NCBI GenBank assembly: GCA_030141605.1
Contig: JAQGDQ010000113.1
Coordinates: 1 to 64,000 of the forward strand
Direction of reading: 5' to 3'
Source of the DNA: Tubiluchus corallicola
Lineage: Eukaryota > Animalia > Priapulida
DNA: 64,000 bases
Position 1 is the first letter of the stretch; every line of letters starts with the position of its first letter. This document shows, in pieces, positions 1-27,050 of the stretch. The notes under the pieces are model-generated. The model made no database searches, was not told the origin of the DNA, and worked only from the letters and a program-made list of their open reading frames with translations. The position numbers and the translations under genes are program-made.

Positions 1-70
1 TGTGCCATTTTTACTTACATTCCTGGTTTGAAAGGACTGAGCCATTCACAGCACTGAGATTACTGCTTAC

Positions 71-299
71 CTGCTGAGTATTTCCGGTATAGCTGGGCGA
101 AGTTCCCGAGAATGGGCACACGAGGTCCTGCTGGAATCACATCATAATCCTTCCTCCTACCGGGCACATAGGAAATCTTCCAGGCCAACCATATTACCCA
201 AGACGTGATAACACAAAATACGAAAGTTATGAGACTCCCCATTGCCACGGCACTTGATATACAAACCGATTTCACATACCACGTTGACCATAAATGCAT
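71..299 (-). CDS. Exon 1 of a CYP4V-like P450 (membrane anchor and Pro-rich hinge); the gene runs off the left edge
   Basis: MGSLITFVFCVITSWVIWLAWKISYVPGRRKDYDVIPAGPRVPILGNFAQLYRKYSAG is a clear paralog of exon 1 at 8287-8464. It has the same phase-1 donor (G|GTAAG after 71). The start is ATG 242 or ATG 299. Confidence 0.85.
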
Positions 300-337
300 A
301 AATACCTTATCTCTGAAGTTCAGCCGTGTGACTACTC

Positions 338-352
338 AAGTCGAAAGATCAA
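338..352 (-). promoter_or_regulatory. Conserved 15-bp upstream element TTGATCTTTCGACTT (copy 1)
   Basis: Identical 15-mer at 8180-8194, at nearly the same distance (about 90 nt) from the homologous start codon. Confidence 0.5.
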
Positions 353-1479
353 GTCGTATGTTTGCATGTTAACATAAAAAAAGGTTTTACAGCTTGATTA
401 ATAGCCAGACCTCGTTTAAATAATCCCAGCTGAAAGCCTTTTAAATAAATATCACCATTGCGCTTTTCTTAGTTACATATTTTTCTCAATTATTAGCTGC
501 ATTAAAAATCTGCAGTGAATATTTTAACCCATTTTCAGTTATAGTCCTCTGCTTAGGTTGAGTCAGTTATTAAACTTGCAGAAATGTGAAAATTGTACAC
601 GTACATGCATTTTTGTACATTGATTAAAAGCTATTATCTTTTGCGTAGGCTAAAAACCTCTCTAAACAGTGGGAAGACAAGAATACGATATATTTTTTGT
701 TCTGCGAGAAGAGTGGCTTAAAATTCAAGAAATGAAGCGGAAAATCCTTTGAAAGATAAAAATCGAAATAATGTTTAAACTTTTATTAGTTAATTTTAGC
801 CAACTTTTATATATTGCAACACTTCAGAATGTGGCATGAACATAAATGAATTAGTGTGAAATTATAGTCAATAGTCTAACTAATAAACTAACCATTTTGT
901 CTTAATTTATTAAAAGGCTTTATGACCTCGATTCAAAGGTCGTTCGCCTCTCTAGGAAAAATAATATCAAGAGATATAGTGTGTATCAGCGAATCGCAAA
1001 TTTAATTTGTTGCATCAGTTGGGACCAGGGTAGCCCTAAAAGAAAGACGCACAGCGTCGTAGCTAGAGAGCAGCACCTGTTACGGTACTTGAATTTGACA
1101 TCCTCTCCCAACCCCTCCTCCTCATGTTAGATTCATAAATTTAAAAGTGTTGCCGCTCAGGTGCGATGGATTGCGGAGATAAATTGATAAATTAAGTACT
1201 ATTGAAAAAAATCTTTGTGAAGAAATAAATTCACCCTACATATTGATATACACGCACATAACTTTCATTTGTTTTCTTGTGATCTATTATTTTTACAGGT
1301 ATAAGGCAGCTTTAAGATTTAGCAAATCGTTCTAATGCTTATTATTCAGAGAAAACATTAATTTGGTGTGTTGTAACTGTTACTGCAAAAGGGACTGTTA
1401 CCGCCTAAATCCGCCACTGATAACCTTAATTAATATTATAAGACCTTAAGATAAAATTGTACAATAATTTTTATTTTAG

Positions 1480-5692
<4,213 letters not shown>

Positions 5693-7706
5693 AAATGAAC
5701 AAAGTTTCATTAAAATGCGCAAATTCTAATAATGCTGAACGTTAGCTGAATGCATCTTAGCTGAACGTTATGTCATAGTGGTTGTTCCATTAACGATTTT
5801 CTTCTTTTGTTACTATTATCAACATAGGCATTACCGTCTCTTACAGTACAAAAGATTCTTGAAAATTTGCAGCTCTGAAAGTCATTCGGAAAATTCAGTA
5901 ATGGTGCTAATGAGCCATTGATATAGGCGAGACAGAAAGACAGCAGTTTCCATCGAGACAAACAACCTTCATAGAAGCTTATAGTGCCATAATACCGCTT
6001 AAGAGGTCAGCTATATGTTACTTGATATCAAAAAAGATGTGAGATGATTATTAGGATGAATCAGTGAGAGAGTTGTTTTGTTTTTTAGTCAGAGGAGCAC
6101 GAGAACTTTGTACTCCTACAATAATTTGCTGAAATATTTCTAGAGGTAATTCAGATGATTGAAATGTGATTGTAAAATTGGTCTAACTAGTATATTTAGT
6201 AAGAATATTTCTAAAAAGAACACAGTAGGAAATAAATGTACGCGAATAAAAACCGCAAAAAAGTGACATTTGAAATATGATGATGACGATGATGAGGTTG
6301 ATAGCGATGATGGCGATGATAATGACGATAATGATGAAGTAACGTTTCAGTAATAATCCAGCATTTTATATCTGAAATTAGTTGATTGCTTCAATGACAG
6401 TAGAAGCATAATGTCATTACTGCATATTACTGCATACGTGTGATATGGTATTTTCATTGTTATAGCAGATCATTAATATCCATTCACATTAATGTTAATA
6501 AAATTGTTTGCGGTGTATCATTTTTGGGACAAAGCGAATACGTTTAAATAATTAATAGCAGTTGACTATATTTAAACTAATAATTAATCTGTTTCACTAA
6601 AACTACATTTTAGTAAGTTTAAGTAAGAAACTAAAAAAATAATAAAATAATGAATAAAAAATCAAAACTTAAGTTAAAAAATTGTGAATTTGCACCAAAT
6701 TTTAGCAATTAAAAAAATTATCTGTTTCGGGGTTTAGTTAGAGCCTCCATGTCACATCGTTATGGTATTTTATCAGAAATATCTACTATCATATTTCGTC
6801 TGGTTTCAGGGCGTAACTGAACTCTCCACAGTTGGCATTATAGTGGAGCACTCAACTAATATTTTGACAGTTGAGAAGCTGCTTAAACTCTGAATTCCAG
6901 TGAAGCATGGTAACCGTTGATGACTATATTCTTTTGCACAGGGAAATTAGGTTTTAATGGCTGAAACTCATATGTATAAAATCTGAGTTTTCATTTAATT
7001 TACCTCCTCTCAGTTTTTAAATTTCATACATTTCATTTGAAAAAAAGCCTTCTGGAATGGTTAGCTATACAGCTTCAGTTTTTCAGAGTTTTGCTTAAGG
7101 TCATTTTCAATGCATTTGAAAATCCATGCTTGATGGCCTATCATGTTATCACAACTGCATTTATGAGCAAACAAGTCGTTGCTGCAATGCCCATCAAAGC
7201 ATCGTTAAAGGTCACAGCCATTTAATCTAATAGGCGCCTTGGGAAAATTGCAAAATTTTGAAAAAGGCTTCAGTCAGTTCAATACGTGGCATTCTCAGGA
7301 TTTACGAGGGCTTAGATAGAATTACACCATTATTGTTGTTGACACGAATGCAGCATGTTTTTCCTGGTGCTTGGAGCAATTACAGTAATGGAAATTATTT
7401 ATATGATTCTTTAGTCTCATTTAATCTTCGTTTTTTCGTTTTTCAGCGGTACGACTTTCTTTTTTCGAATTTTTAGAGATCTTTAATCATCATATTTTTA
7501 TTATAATTATGTAAAATGTTTAACATTCAATCTCAGATTATGCCAATTATCTGAATCAATTGTACAGATTACATTCTGTTTTTAATTGTACAGATAGAAG
7601 TAGTATACCAGTTGTATAGACATTAATTTTTGTTTTCTAAAAAAGTTCTACAACTTTATTAAGTATTTCTATATTTTTAACAAGACAAAACATCTAAATA
7701 CAAGAT

Positions 7707-7994
7707 CACTGTTGCCACAAGTATGTATAAAATTACAGCTAAGACACATGTCACACTGAGCATCGGTGTTGTAACTAAAGAGGTTCCCCTGCATTAACGT
7801 AGTTGAAATACCTCCGCTTGAGACACAGCTGAGTTATTGCTAGTATTCGTTCGCTTATAGCATCCGCAAGTAAGACGCAGTTAAACAGCACCACTTACGT
7901 TTTGCATGACATCGAGGCTCTTGCTATGTTTTTAATAAAACAAAATACTTAAATATAGGACCACTGTTGCCACAAGTGTGTAAAAATTACAGAC
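7707..7994. repeat. Two imperfect ~33-bp direct repeats upstream of the complete CYP gene
   Basis: CACTGTTGCCACAAGTATGTATAAAATTACAG at about 7707 and CACTGTTGCCACAAGTGTGTAAAAATTACAG at about 7962. Confidence 0.7.
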
Positions 7995-8179
7995 GGCGCG
8001 CTGTAGTATTTTTTAGATCCTATTTTTGAGTGTTGCACACCGAGCACATAAAACATAGCAACAAAACTTACAGTAGTAGCAGTCAATGAGTTTCTGTCAA
8101 CTTTATCAAATGATAGCGCTATATCACATCTTCAGTTGAGACAAGGACTTAAGAGTGCAGAAGTACAAACACTTTCAAA

Positions 8180-8194
8180 TTGATCTTTCGACTT
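8180..8194 (+). promoter_or_regulatory. Conserved 15-bp upstream element TTGATCTTTCGACTT (copy 2)
   Basis: Identical to the reverse complement of 338-352. Confidence 0.5.
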
Positions 8195-8286
8195 CTACAG
8201 TCATTTGGCAATGAAGGCTCACATAAGCCCATAGATTAAAACGTCACTTGCACAAGTACTCGTAGTCAACACGAAGATAAAACATT

Positions 8287-16624
<8,338 letters not shown>

Positions 16625-18446
16625 AAACATAATTTGTAAAAAAAATGCAGAATGAATTCGAGGCCGTGATTTCGTTACTGTTTATAGTGAATGATGCAGC
16701 TAAAGCTTATTTTTCCTTTGCAACTTCTTTCTAACTTTCTTGCAGACTGACTTTTTTTGTAATACATCCAGATTTGGATCCACATCGTTAAATGGAAGCT
16801 GTGCTGATAATCCAATGGCACAATAGAGTCTGGCGAATGCTGTGTTTTTGTTACTACAGTTACAGATGTCTTTATGGCATGTTTCATTTGTGCCTGCCTG
16901 TCTAATACCTATAACAGGAAGTATGGACTATTATAGACATATCCACTATTTGTTCTTGATGACAGAAGTAAAATCCAGCTAAACAATTTAATGTTGAAAG
17001 GTTCGTGCATAGTAATGAGGTCTTTGCTGCCATCTACGTAGCTACCTACAATGTTTTTGCAGATTTGCGTTGGAATGTTGTTATATAGTCAGACATGATA
17101 GCACAACCATGCTGTCAAATGTACACGTCTGCCATGTTTTTCTTACTTATTGAAAATGTATTAAATGTTGAAAACAGCTATACATTCCTGTTATACAAAG
17201 ACATTTACAAAGCAATTTCATAGAATCTTCTACAAAAAAATAATAGTACATAATTAAATTAAAACATTTTCATTTATATATTCCACCAGGCAATATGTTA
17301 TCTTTCTCTATACAGCTAGGGATAAAATTTTAGTTTCTTTCAGGAGAAAACGACTAAATAATGGACTGCAAATAACTTTGCGATTTCTCACTTTACCAAG
17401 TTGTATTGAATTACTGCAAAGAATGTAGTCAATAGATGTTTTATTTTTTCATTCATTAGCGTACCAAAACTCCTGGATTTCAAAAAAGCTTCTTCGTTTA
17501 TTACTGCTCGGCTTCAGAACCAAGGCGCCCCGCCCCACATTCACGATCACCAATTCACCACTGATATAATTGATTACTGTTCCTCAGGAGTGAATGTTCG
17601 TTTTAAATGTCTAAAACAATTCGATGTAAATGTGAAATCCAACAGTTTTGAGAATTTTTCAAATTTTATCAATGAGGGACATCGCAAGCAATTGGGTTCC
17701 GACAACTTTAAGCCAACTGACAGACGAAAGAACGACAAAGCTTTCAATATGTCACAAACATCAAACTCAACAAGCCTTGCAATTTTGCTCTGTCTTCCAG
17801 TGTTATCTAAGTATACGCAAAAGCCTTATAATATGCAACAACTTTTGTTGAATGTGAACATTTATTTGCTTTTGATACGTCAATATCACATATCAAAAAT
17901 CATTTAAATTCTATCATAGCAATTGTGACAACAAAAAGGCCAAGTTTATCAGTATTATGTTCAGCTACAAATTAATTATAGTATTTACAATGACAATCCT
18001 AGATCTGAATGTGGCTCATACAGCAACTATTGTGTATTGGTATTGCTTTCACAATGCCAAAATTTCAACGATTAACGTTTCTACCACTTTTCCATCATTG
18101 TCAGTTTTTGGTCAACTCATCCATAGATATTCCTTAGCACCGCGTACTACTCGTGTACGTGGTATGGTGTATCTTTAGCGTGATGCGGTCAAAAGTCATT
18201 TCTGGGTCATAATCAAGTGTTGAATATAGCGTTTTGGTATTTTTTCTCGAAACTTGTTATACATTTTTTTTAGAAATTTCTTCAACTAATAATAGTGAGT
18301 TGCTTTTTGCAGTAATGTTGCCATTAAATTCATAATTATGCAACAACCAGGATTAATTTTAACGATTCTGTGATTTAATTCATAATGAATGATTTAATTG
18401 TTGAAAGGCGTTTAAAGTGAACAGTGAACTGTATGGTTTATGTATT

Positions 18447-21400
18447 TTATTCTCCTCTGTAGACAGTATCAACGTCAGCAAAACCCCAAATTGGTTCCTC
18501 AATGTCGTAGTGGTACAGAGTTCTTGGTTGTTCGTAGTTGTTGCCTTCTCTAAAAATAACAACAACAAAAACGTAAATCTACAGCCCTACAGAATAAGTT
18601 TTCTTATAATGTCTATAAAACTTACCAGCTAGTAATACGCTAAGTTTTCTTCGTTAATTCGCACTTGCTACACACTTAATGAACACGGTCAGCTACAATG
18701 CAGTAGGTAAAACCATAATTAACCTACCCCCAATAACACTTGTTGGCAATCGCGTGTCATAATCAAGACGTGTTTCTTAATTGTTCCAGTGTGCAACAGT
18801 GCATAGCCCGTTTGTCGCGTATGCAAAGTGGCATCGAAAAGAACGTGAGTCTTGTATTTTACGAATTTGTGAAATTTATAGTTCTGCTTTAATACCACAT
18901 CAACATGTCACAAGACAAAAAGTTATTTTCAACGGTGATGCAGAACATTCAGTAAATTTTTAAAAACGACTTTATAATTGAACATGATAGTGAGGCTATC
19001 AAAATCAGCGGAAACTGTTTTGCTTGTAGCAAAGTTAGACTCATATGTTCTAAAATATCACAGATAGAACCAACCGCTACTTGCCATAAAAGTCAAACAA
19101 ATGGCAATCAGCAATTCACGATTTCTATGCCTGACATCAAGCAGGTCACAAGAATTAATATATCTCGAACTGGCAAAATCATAATCACCGGAGGAGGCTT
19201 CAAAAATGGGCTGTAACGAAATTGGCGAATCTGCTGCAATTAATGCGAGAGGAGATTTCTGAGAGACCTACAACAGGTGACTATGACCTAAATCGTAGTA
19301 AAGATCCTTCGGATTTAGACTTATTCCAAAATACAACATCCGATACAAGTTATGTATCAATCTTTAGCCAAGATTCTGAGCTTGAAACTATGAGTAGTAC
19401 GACACCAACAAATACTACTAGTACTATGCCTATACGCAGCGGAATTAATACAAATAATTGGCAAATGGACTTAACAAACTTTAACAACACCACATCAGCA
19501 ACACGATACGAATTTGTCAACTGCAACCAATGAAGTTAAGTCCATCGGAATTCAGTACGAAAACACACAAATTTCGTCTGGGAGAAGTGAATTTAATGAA
19601 AATTCAATTAAATCAACTGAAACTCAATGTACCCTAAACAACTCGTTTACCAGAGCAGCTGCAACACAATGCGAACACGATAAAGCTCGATTCACATCAG
19701 TGGAAACGCAGTATGAACGCAACGAACAATCACTAGACCTTCTTAAAGTTCAACGTGAACATACATCTCTAAATGAAATCATTCTAACAGATTTTGATTC
19801 ATTTCCAAGAGAAGTAAGCCTAGAAATAAGTACCATAGGCACTTTTAAACAAGAAGTATTGCTACTACGTCTATCTCTAGAGGAAAACAACATGAAAATG
19901 AACCACTTGCTAAACGAAATGACTAGCTTGTTTGTCAAAGTGCAAAAATAAAATAAAATGATGCAGCCTGCTGTGATTACTACTACGAACACTGGAAATC
20001 ACGACTACGTAAACATTTCCTACGGCAACGCACAGGCAAGTCAACGCAGTAATACAGATGCTTCCAACGACAACGTACAGGCAGGTCAGCGCAGTAACGC
20101 AAATGCTTACCACGGCAACGTACAGACAGGACCACGCAATACACGAATGACGAGGAATCTATGGGATACAACTAGCACACTCATCTTAGGAGATTCTGGG
20201 GCATCGTACGTGAAACCCCGACAGATTGGCAAAAACATTCAGGTACATTCTTATAGGGTCTCACAATTCATAAATTAGACTAAAAAGTGATAGATAGCAT
20301 GCACATACTAGATTGCATAATGTTGTTCTATGTTGAGGCATAAATGACGTGTTGAATTTTTACAAAACTAATAGGCAACTAAATGTTAATGATTTCATGG
20401 CAGTAACGATTGAAAAAGTTTGATCTTCGTCAGTAAAATAAGTTCATTAGAGCTCATTAACAGTTACTTGAGAAACAGAAAACAAAGAGTTAAATTATCT
20501 GCAAATACCGTCTCAGAATAGCTAACATTACAGCAGGGCATACCACAAGCACACTTTTGGGTCCCTTACTTTTCTGTCTTTATATTAACAATATATTTAA
20601 AACACTAACACATTGTAATATAACACAGTATGCTGACGACGCAACTATATATATTTAGGCCACGAAAATCTAGCAACAGCTCAACGACTTTTTTGAACAG
20701 GACACCGCAAAGATTAACATAGCATTTACCCATTTAAAACTTAAATTAAACAGCACCAAAACAGATTTCATGGTTCTTTCGCCATTCTCAAATGACAATA
20801 TAACTAATACTTCAATAAAAGTTGAAAATAGCATAATAAAACAGAAAAACAAAGTAAGTTCTTGATATCTGTGCAGATAACAAACTTTCTTGGGATAACC
20901 ATTTCAATAAAATTTACGACAAAATGGCATGCGGAACGCCCTACTTACGGCAGGTAAAAGGTCAATTAACTAAACAGACAAAGTTATTAATTTTTCAAAC
21001 TCTCATTTCACCGCACTTTTTATACGGATGCACACTTTTTCATGAAGTTTCAAGAGACTATAACAAACTAAATAGTCTTCAAAATTATGCATTAAGATTA
21101 GTCGCTGGCTATACAAATAAAACGTCTCTCATCACAAATCAAACCTCTGCAACAGAGTTAAGAACAATGTTTAAAATCCCAATTTTACAAGCACATAAAG
21201 ACTTCTACACAATCCTCTTTTTATATAAATACATCAACAATATTAACACGCCCTTCATCAAAAATAAGCTTCCACTCCTCTTGGAGCCAACGTTAAATCC
21301 AAGAACACACAATATTAAACAAATGCGCACTGGTAACAAATACGGCAACAATTCTGTCACTAAACAAGGAGTTCAACTTTGGAATACCCTGCCATCAAAT

Positions 21401-21732
21401 TTAAAACAAATCAAGTCTTCTGACGAATTCAAATCAAAATTAAAAATATATACATTAAATCGTTCTGAAAACCCTACATACGTAAGCGATAATATATATT
21501 CATCCTCAAATTTTATTTACCCACGTCCATTTTGAATTGTATGTATATATTGTATATAGTCTATTATAATTTGCGTGTAACATTATCATGTATGTTTTGT
21601 TTTAAATTTTTGACACAGTAGTTTTTAGTTTGCACTGGACGCATTTAACAGTTGTGTGAATTTCATTCTCATGCTGCGATGCTCTTTTATGCTTTTATAG
21701 TTATGAATATCGATTTTTTATGGCAAATAAAG

Positions 21733-21778
<46 letters not shown>

Positions 21779-23839
21779 GAAAGCAATCAAATCATGGCCT
21801 TAGTAGCTAAATTTAATTTTTAAAGCTCAACGGAATTCAATCACACTTCTCCGCTATTCTTCTTTTTTGTAGCTACAGTTGACTACAGTTCGTTATAGGT
21901 AAAGCGGCCAAAAGATGAATCTTCCTCATGACACCTGGCGGTGTGGGGTGGATATGTTGTGTAGTGTTAATGGGTCAGTGTTGTTTTGACTGGTGATCAG
22001 TAAAATCGTGGTAGCAAGAAATGAAAAAATAGAAACCTGCCACTCTTGAGTAAGATTACTATGTGCTCTACGTGTAACTACTTACATGTTTTGCTATAAT
22101 TTGAAACTCTTTGTCTTTTTATACACATTATTTTGCTAGTCTTGTTTAAATAATAGCAAATGCAAAATTCGAAAAATATTTTGCCCCTGGATCAAGAGCT
22201 AGATTAATATTTGAACCAACGAAGAAATCTGATATAACATATTAAAGAGTTTCTAAAGGCGTTTGCTTCAAAGGATTGCCCAAAGAGTTCCTGGTTTCGA
22301 ACCTAGGTTTTGCAGCCAATTTTCAACAGTTCTTTATATATCAAACAGTAATTTTGTCTAATATCAGTTTGGTTAATTTATATAATGTTATTATACACAC
22401 CTATATCTGTACTCATATCCACGTGTCTTTGACGCTGTCTCAGAAGCCTCAGCCTGGTCGCGGGTAAACAGACTTCCTGACGCACTGCCCTGCCTGGTGT
22501 AAGTCAAACTGCTTGATCGTTCACCCTCTCCTCTTAGACCACCACTGCTGATTGGTCCATACCGGGTTGTTGTAAAATACTGTGGTACTCCAGTGACAAC
22601 AGGAGAACTACCCACTCTTCTACCACTTCCTGTCAAATGGATATTTTGGGCAACCTGAACAGTAGCGCCACCACTACGACGTGGCTGAAATCCAAAACTA
22701 TCAGTGCCAGTTGACACAGTCTGTACTTTTCTAGTCTCAAAGCCTAATGTACCACCTCGTGCACCAGTCACAGCCCCTCTGCCAGTTCCTGATGTTGCTG
22801 TCCTTCCTCCTCTAAATGAGAACGTCTTCTGACCAGCACCTCCTACTCTGCCATCTAACCCACCGTCAATATCACTAGAACTGGAACCGCTTCTTCTTTC
22901 AGAAAATGTAAAGGAGGGATATTGTCTCAGTCCAGTTCCGCTTTGCACTTGAAGAGAAGCCGCAGAATCAACTCCGCCTCCACCTTCTCCAACAGCAACA
23001 CCAGACCTTCTTTCAGTAAAGGTGATGGAGGTCTGCCCCCTACCTTTTCTACTTCCTCCACTTGTGATAAAATCTTGTAAACCACCCACAGAAGACCCAG
23101 TAAGGCCACCGTCTGTGTCGCTAGACGTGGAGCTACTTCGTCTCGCAGTAAAAGAAACTGAAGAAGATTTCCTTTCTCCGTCTTTGCTTTCATCTTGGAA
23201 AAAGCCTCCCAAACCTACCTCACCACCACCACCACCGTCACTGGCCCCACTAGAGCTGCCTTGGAAAAAGCTGACAAAGTCACTACCACTGCCGTCACCG
23301 CCATCACTGCCCGCACTGGAACTGCCTTGGAAAAAGCTGGCAAAGTCACTACCACTGCCGTCACCGCCATCACTGCCCGCACTGGAACTGCCTTGGAAAA
23401 AGCTGGCAAAGTCAGCCCCACCACTATCAGCACCGGCATCACCACGACCGCGAATGCCACTTTCACTGCTTTGGAAAACGCTTCCAAGGCCAGCAACAAC
23501 GCCACCACCATCATGACCAGTACCACCAAAACTACGGGTATGGGTAGTTTCGGTCTTCTGGAACGAAGTTTGGCCTGATCCTAGTCCACTTTGTGCATCG
23601 TCAGCTATTAGAAAACCTCTTTCTCTGCCTCCTCCACTGCTCAAGAAACTTCGTCTTTCGCTGAAAGAGGACGTATCGGAACTATCATGTCCACCGTCGA
23701 TCGCATTGATATCAAACGATGCCTGTCCTGCCCCTGGCAATAGCTTCACCAGTTCTATTGGTGGCTGTTCGTCTTCTGGCTCTGGTGCCCCACAGGTCAA
23801 CATTATCAAATGGATCAGGACAAGAAGAGACAGGTTCAT
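18447..23839 (-). CDS. Secreted Gly/Ser-rich protein, family member A (513 aa) with the shared C-terminal domain
   Basis: Coding exons 23839-22401 (AG|GTGTGT, phase 2) and 18549-18447 (TTTTTAG acceptor; EGNNYEQPRTLYHYDIEEPIWGFADVDTVYRGE*). Signal peptide MNLSLLVLIHLIMLTCG. Acceptor 5 nt before the ATG. Confidence 0.85.
18760..21776 (+). mobile_element. Degenerate, internally deleted CR1/L2(Crack)-like LINE in the last intron of gene A
   Basis: Broken ORF1 (coiled-coil-like segment, then TLILGDSG). RT remnants TAGIPQ, LGPLLFCLYINN and YADD at about 20530-20640. C-terminal ORF 20924-21535. Ends GCAAATAAA plus (TA)n. Confidence 0.8.
23216..23420 (-). repeat. Coding 66-bp tandem repeat (DFASFFQGSSSAGSDGGDGSGS, 3 copies) in gene A
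   Basis: Visible in both DNA and protein. Confidence 0.9.
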
Positions 23840-24190
23840 GTTGACTAAAAAGGCAAACCAAAAAGAAAATAAATTGGAAGCAGCTAATGACTACTTGGTG
23901 TTATTAGTAAAAGTGAACATATATGGAATTTCCAGGTATTATATAATTCAAGTAAATAAATTATTTAAAATGGATTCTTACCTTTACAATTTTGGGGAAC
24001 CCCAACGCAGAAAGCTCGATCGGCTATACCATCTGTGGACTGCCAGAATGCTTGTCATTTACTCTTATACTACCTCGCTCCTGTTATAACCCACTTATCG
24101 CCCCTCCTTGTTTTCCCTTTTTTCAAAATCATTTTCCTACGCCTGGACAAACTTCAATAACAGCAATAATGAGAGCAAAAACTGATTTAC

Positions 24191-24243
24191 CTTGAGCTGA
24201 GATTGTGCGAAATTTATGCTAAATTTCATTCAATCATTTTATA
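24191..24243 (-). promoter_or_regulatory. Predicted TATA box (24237-24243) and short non-coding exon 1 of gene A (donor after 24191)
   Basis: TATAAAA on the - strand followed by AAG|GTAAAT; same layout as genes B, D and F. Confidence 0.5.
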
Positions 24244-25397
24244 ATTTCCTGAAAGCAAATTTCAACCTTATCATGCATCACAAACTTTTTGCAGTAACGT
24301 AAATCTAGCCTATTTAAAACCGAACTTCTTTGGCCTCTAAAACATAAACTTGTGTGTATTATTTACCCATAAATTGCATTGCACAAGTCATTATAATGGT
24401 TTCCCCACGAAAATCTCTGCACACCTAAGAAAGCTGACGATAATTATATCCTACTTTGTGATTCTCAGTTTCTCTTCCCATCTTTGTGCATTGCATCTAC
24501 ACGAGAATGGAACAAACTTTTAACTTGCGTTCAATTGCGGATTTTAACTGTTTTAAAAGTACCCTTTTTATCATAAAGTTTTATTACCTGGTGATTTTTA
24601 TTGTATGCTTATATTTTTATTGCAGTCATTTTAACTGTAAACTTGTATTACAGCTGCTAACAATAATTTGTCGCTTTTACTGCGCTCCACAAATAAGTTA
24701 TCATCACGCTTATCAAAAACATTTCTACTCTCTTCTCTCACCTTCCCTACCCCACTCAACATAAATGACATAGATTTTCTGTCATAATTCATTACGATAC
24801 CTCTTCATTACCACGATCTTTCTATGGATCTAAACAGAAGCCATTCTATTCTGAAGTGTAAATTTCTGAAAATTTAATATTTTTAATTGAATCGTTGTAT
24901 GGGATACTACATTCACATTCAGAACGAAACAATTTTGCTGCAAAGGAAAAGTTTCTCTCAGGTATATATTTTTCTGCTCACGATTGTGAAATATAACCGA
25001 AAACATATCAAGCAATCGACTGGTTATAATGTAGAAATTTTTTTTGCATGTACATAATAATAACTATAATAATGCAGCTTTCTCAAATTTGCTGTCATTC
25101 TTCAAATCTGAAGCAAATTTGGTGTGTGAATTTGTAAGAGGCTTTAAATGCGCATTATAATAGAGTCTGACTTCTCATTTTATAATTGATAATGCTGTAA
25201 TAATTTATAAAATTGAAAGTAACATCTAGTTGTCGCAGTATATAAGTAAAATTTTGTGGAAAATATTTTGTACACTTCGAATGTTATTTTCTATGGATTG
25301 ATTCTGCTGTGATCATCTTCTTGATAGCATGTTTATATCAATTAATAAATTTATCTATTTGTCTGTCTGTCTGTCCGTCCGTCCGCCGTCCGTCCGT

Positions 25398-25503
25398 CAT
25401 CCATCCATCCATCCATCCATCCATCCATCCATCCATCCATCCATCCATCCATCCATCCATCCATCCATCCATCCATCCATCCATCCATCCATCCATCCAT
25501 CCA
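25398..25503. repeat. (CATC)n microsatellite
   Basis: Read directly. Confidence 0.95.
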
Positions 25504-25792
25504 TTCTATATATCTACATTTTCATTTGCACTATAAAACACAATCTGTTTGTGAATCCACATAATAGCCACAACCAAAAAATTTAAATCAGTTGGAGAAT
25601 GACATTCTCTCGAAGCGAATAGGAAATCAAACTTAATTACTGCTGTTATGTAAGCGTTAGCTTTACCGGAATTATTAGCTTGTGTTGAAACTATGAGTCA
25701 TTACAGCACAACAGAAAATGCGCATATGAAAAATAGAAGAAACAATAAACGAAAAATGAAGAAGCTGCAGTAATAATACGCTGTTAACTTAA

Positions 25793-26316
25793 AGGAAAGA
25801 ACAAGTCACTCAGTATGTTGGGTTTATTTTACTATTATCAATTAAACGTAGAAAAATACAACAAAGAAATTTGCAAAAAACTCTCTATAAAGTATAAATT
25901 TAAAATATACTATCTCTGAATAGAAATTTTCAGACGTGGTGGTTGCCGCCATTCATTTAAAAATCATGACGTAACTGGGAGGCTTCGTGGCGTTCCGTTA
26001 GCGCGCGCTGCTTAAACTACTTGAAACTTCTGCAGCTTACCTAATGTTCACGCAAAAATATTTCAAAATTAGTTATCTAATTTTTTGTAAAAACTTGTTA
26101 CACTTTTGATAATGATTGACAGTGCGCTACTTTTCTTTAAGACGAAGGACGTCATTGGAAAAAGAATGGGCGTTCAAAATGGGAGCGGCCCACGCATGAT
26201 GTGATCGCGACTTTAAGGTGAGTTTGCTAATTACACGAGACGCTTATTGCAGTTTTGTTACTAAATTCTTCTATCATTGAAATAAGCCTAGCGTCCTAGA
26301 AGGCTTAGCCTTTCCT
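25793..26316. mobile_element. Non-autonomous DNA transposon with TTAA target sites (Kolobok-like)
   Basis: TTAA|AGGAAAGAACAAG ... CTTAGCCTTTCCT|TTAA: imperfect terminal inverted repeats with AG...CT ends. Confidence 0.6.
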
Positions 26317-26818
26317 TTAAATTTTGATTGTTTATAGTAATATATAAAGTATAAAATTAATACTTTCTAGAGTAAAGGTGTGAATCGATTACGCAACTGA
26401 CGTGCAATTTTACAACGCATAAGACAGACGACAGACAGATCATGAATTCAATTTTGTTTGCTTTTGCTTCTCTTGTAAACGGTTCTATTGTTTTTGTTAT
26501 GATGTGGCTGTTTCGTTTTTCAAAAATAAGTGTGCTAAATTTTAATCGTTATTCAAATTTCAAAGATAAGAATTCACTGCCACCACAGTCACAAACGACC
26601 TTAAAACGGTATACAAATGAGATTGCTGTACAGCTTGCAAAAACATAAACTACATAAAAAATTCACAAAAGTTGTAGTCGTTGCATAAAACTTTAATTCC
26701 TAAAGCAATGACGTCAAAATTCATAAACAGGGCGACTAGATTACTAAGTTATTTTGTTGCTAATCTTAATTGCTATGCAGCTCAATAATAGTAGGGCCTA
26801 TTAGATGCAAACCTAATC

Positions 26819-27050
<232 letters not shown>

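Noticed and set aside
22927-23578. Overlapping and antisense ORFs over gene A (also over B, D and F)
   Set aside because: Gly-rich repetitive codons leave other frames free of stops; no independent splice or signal evidence
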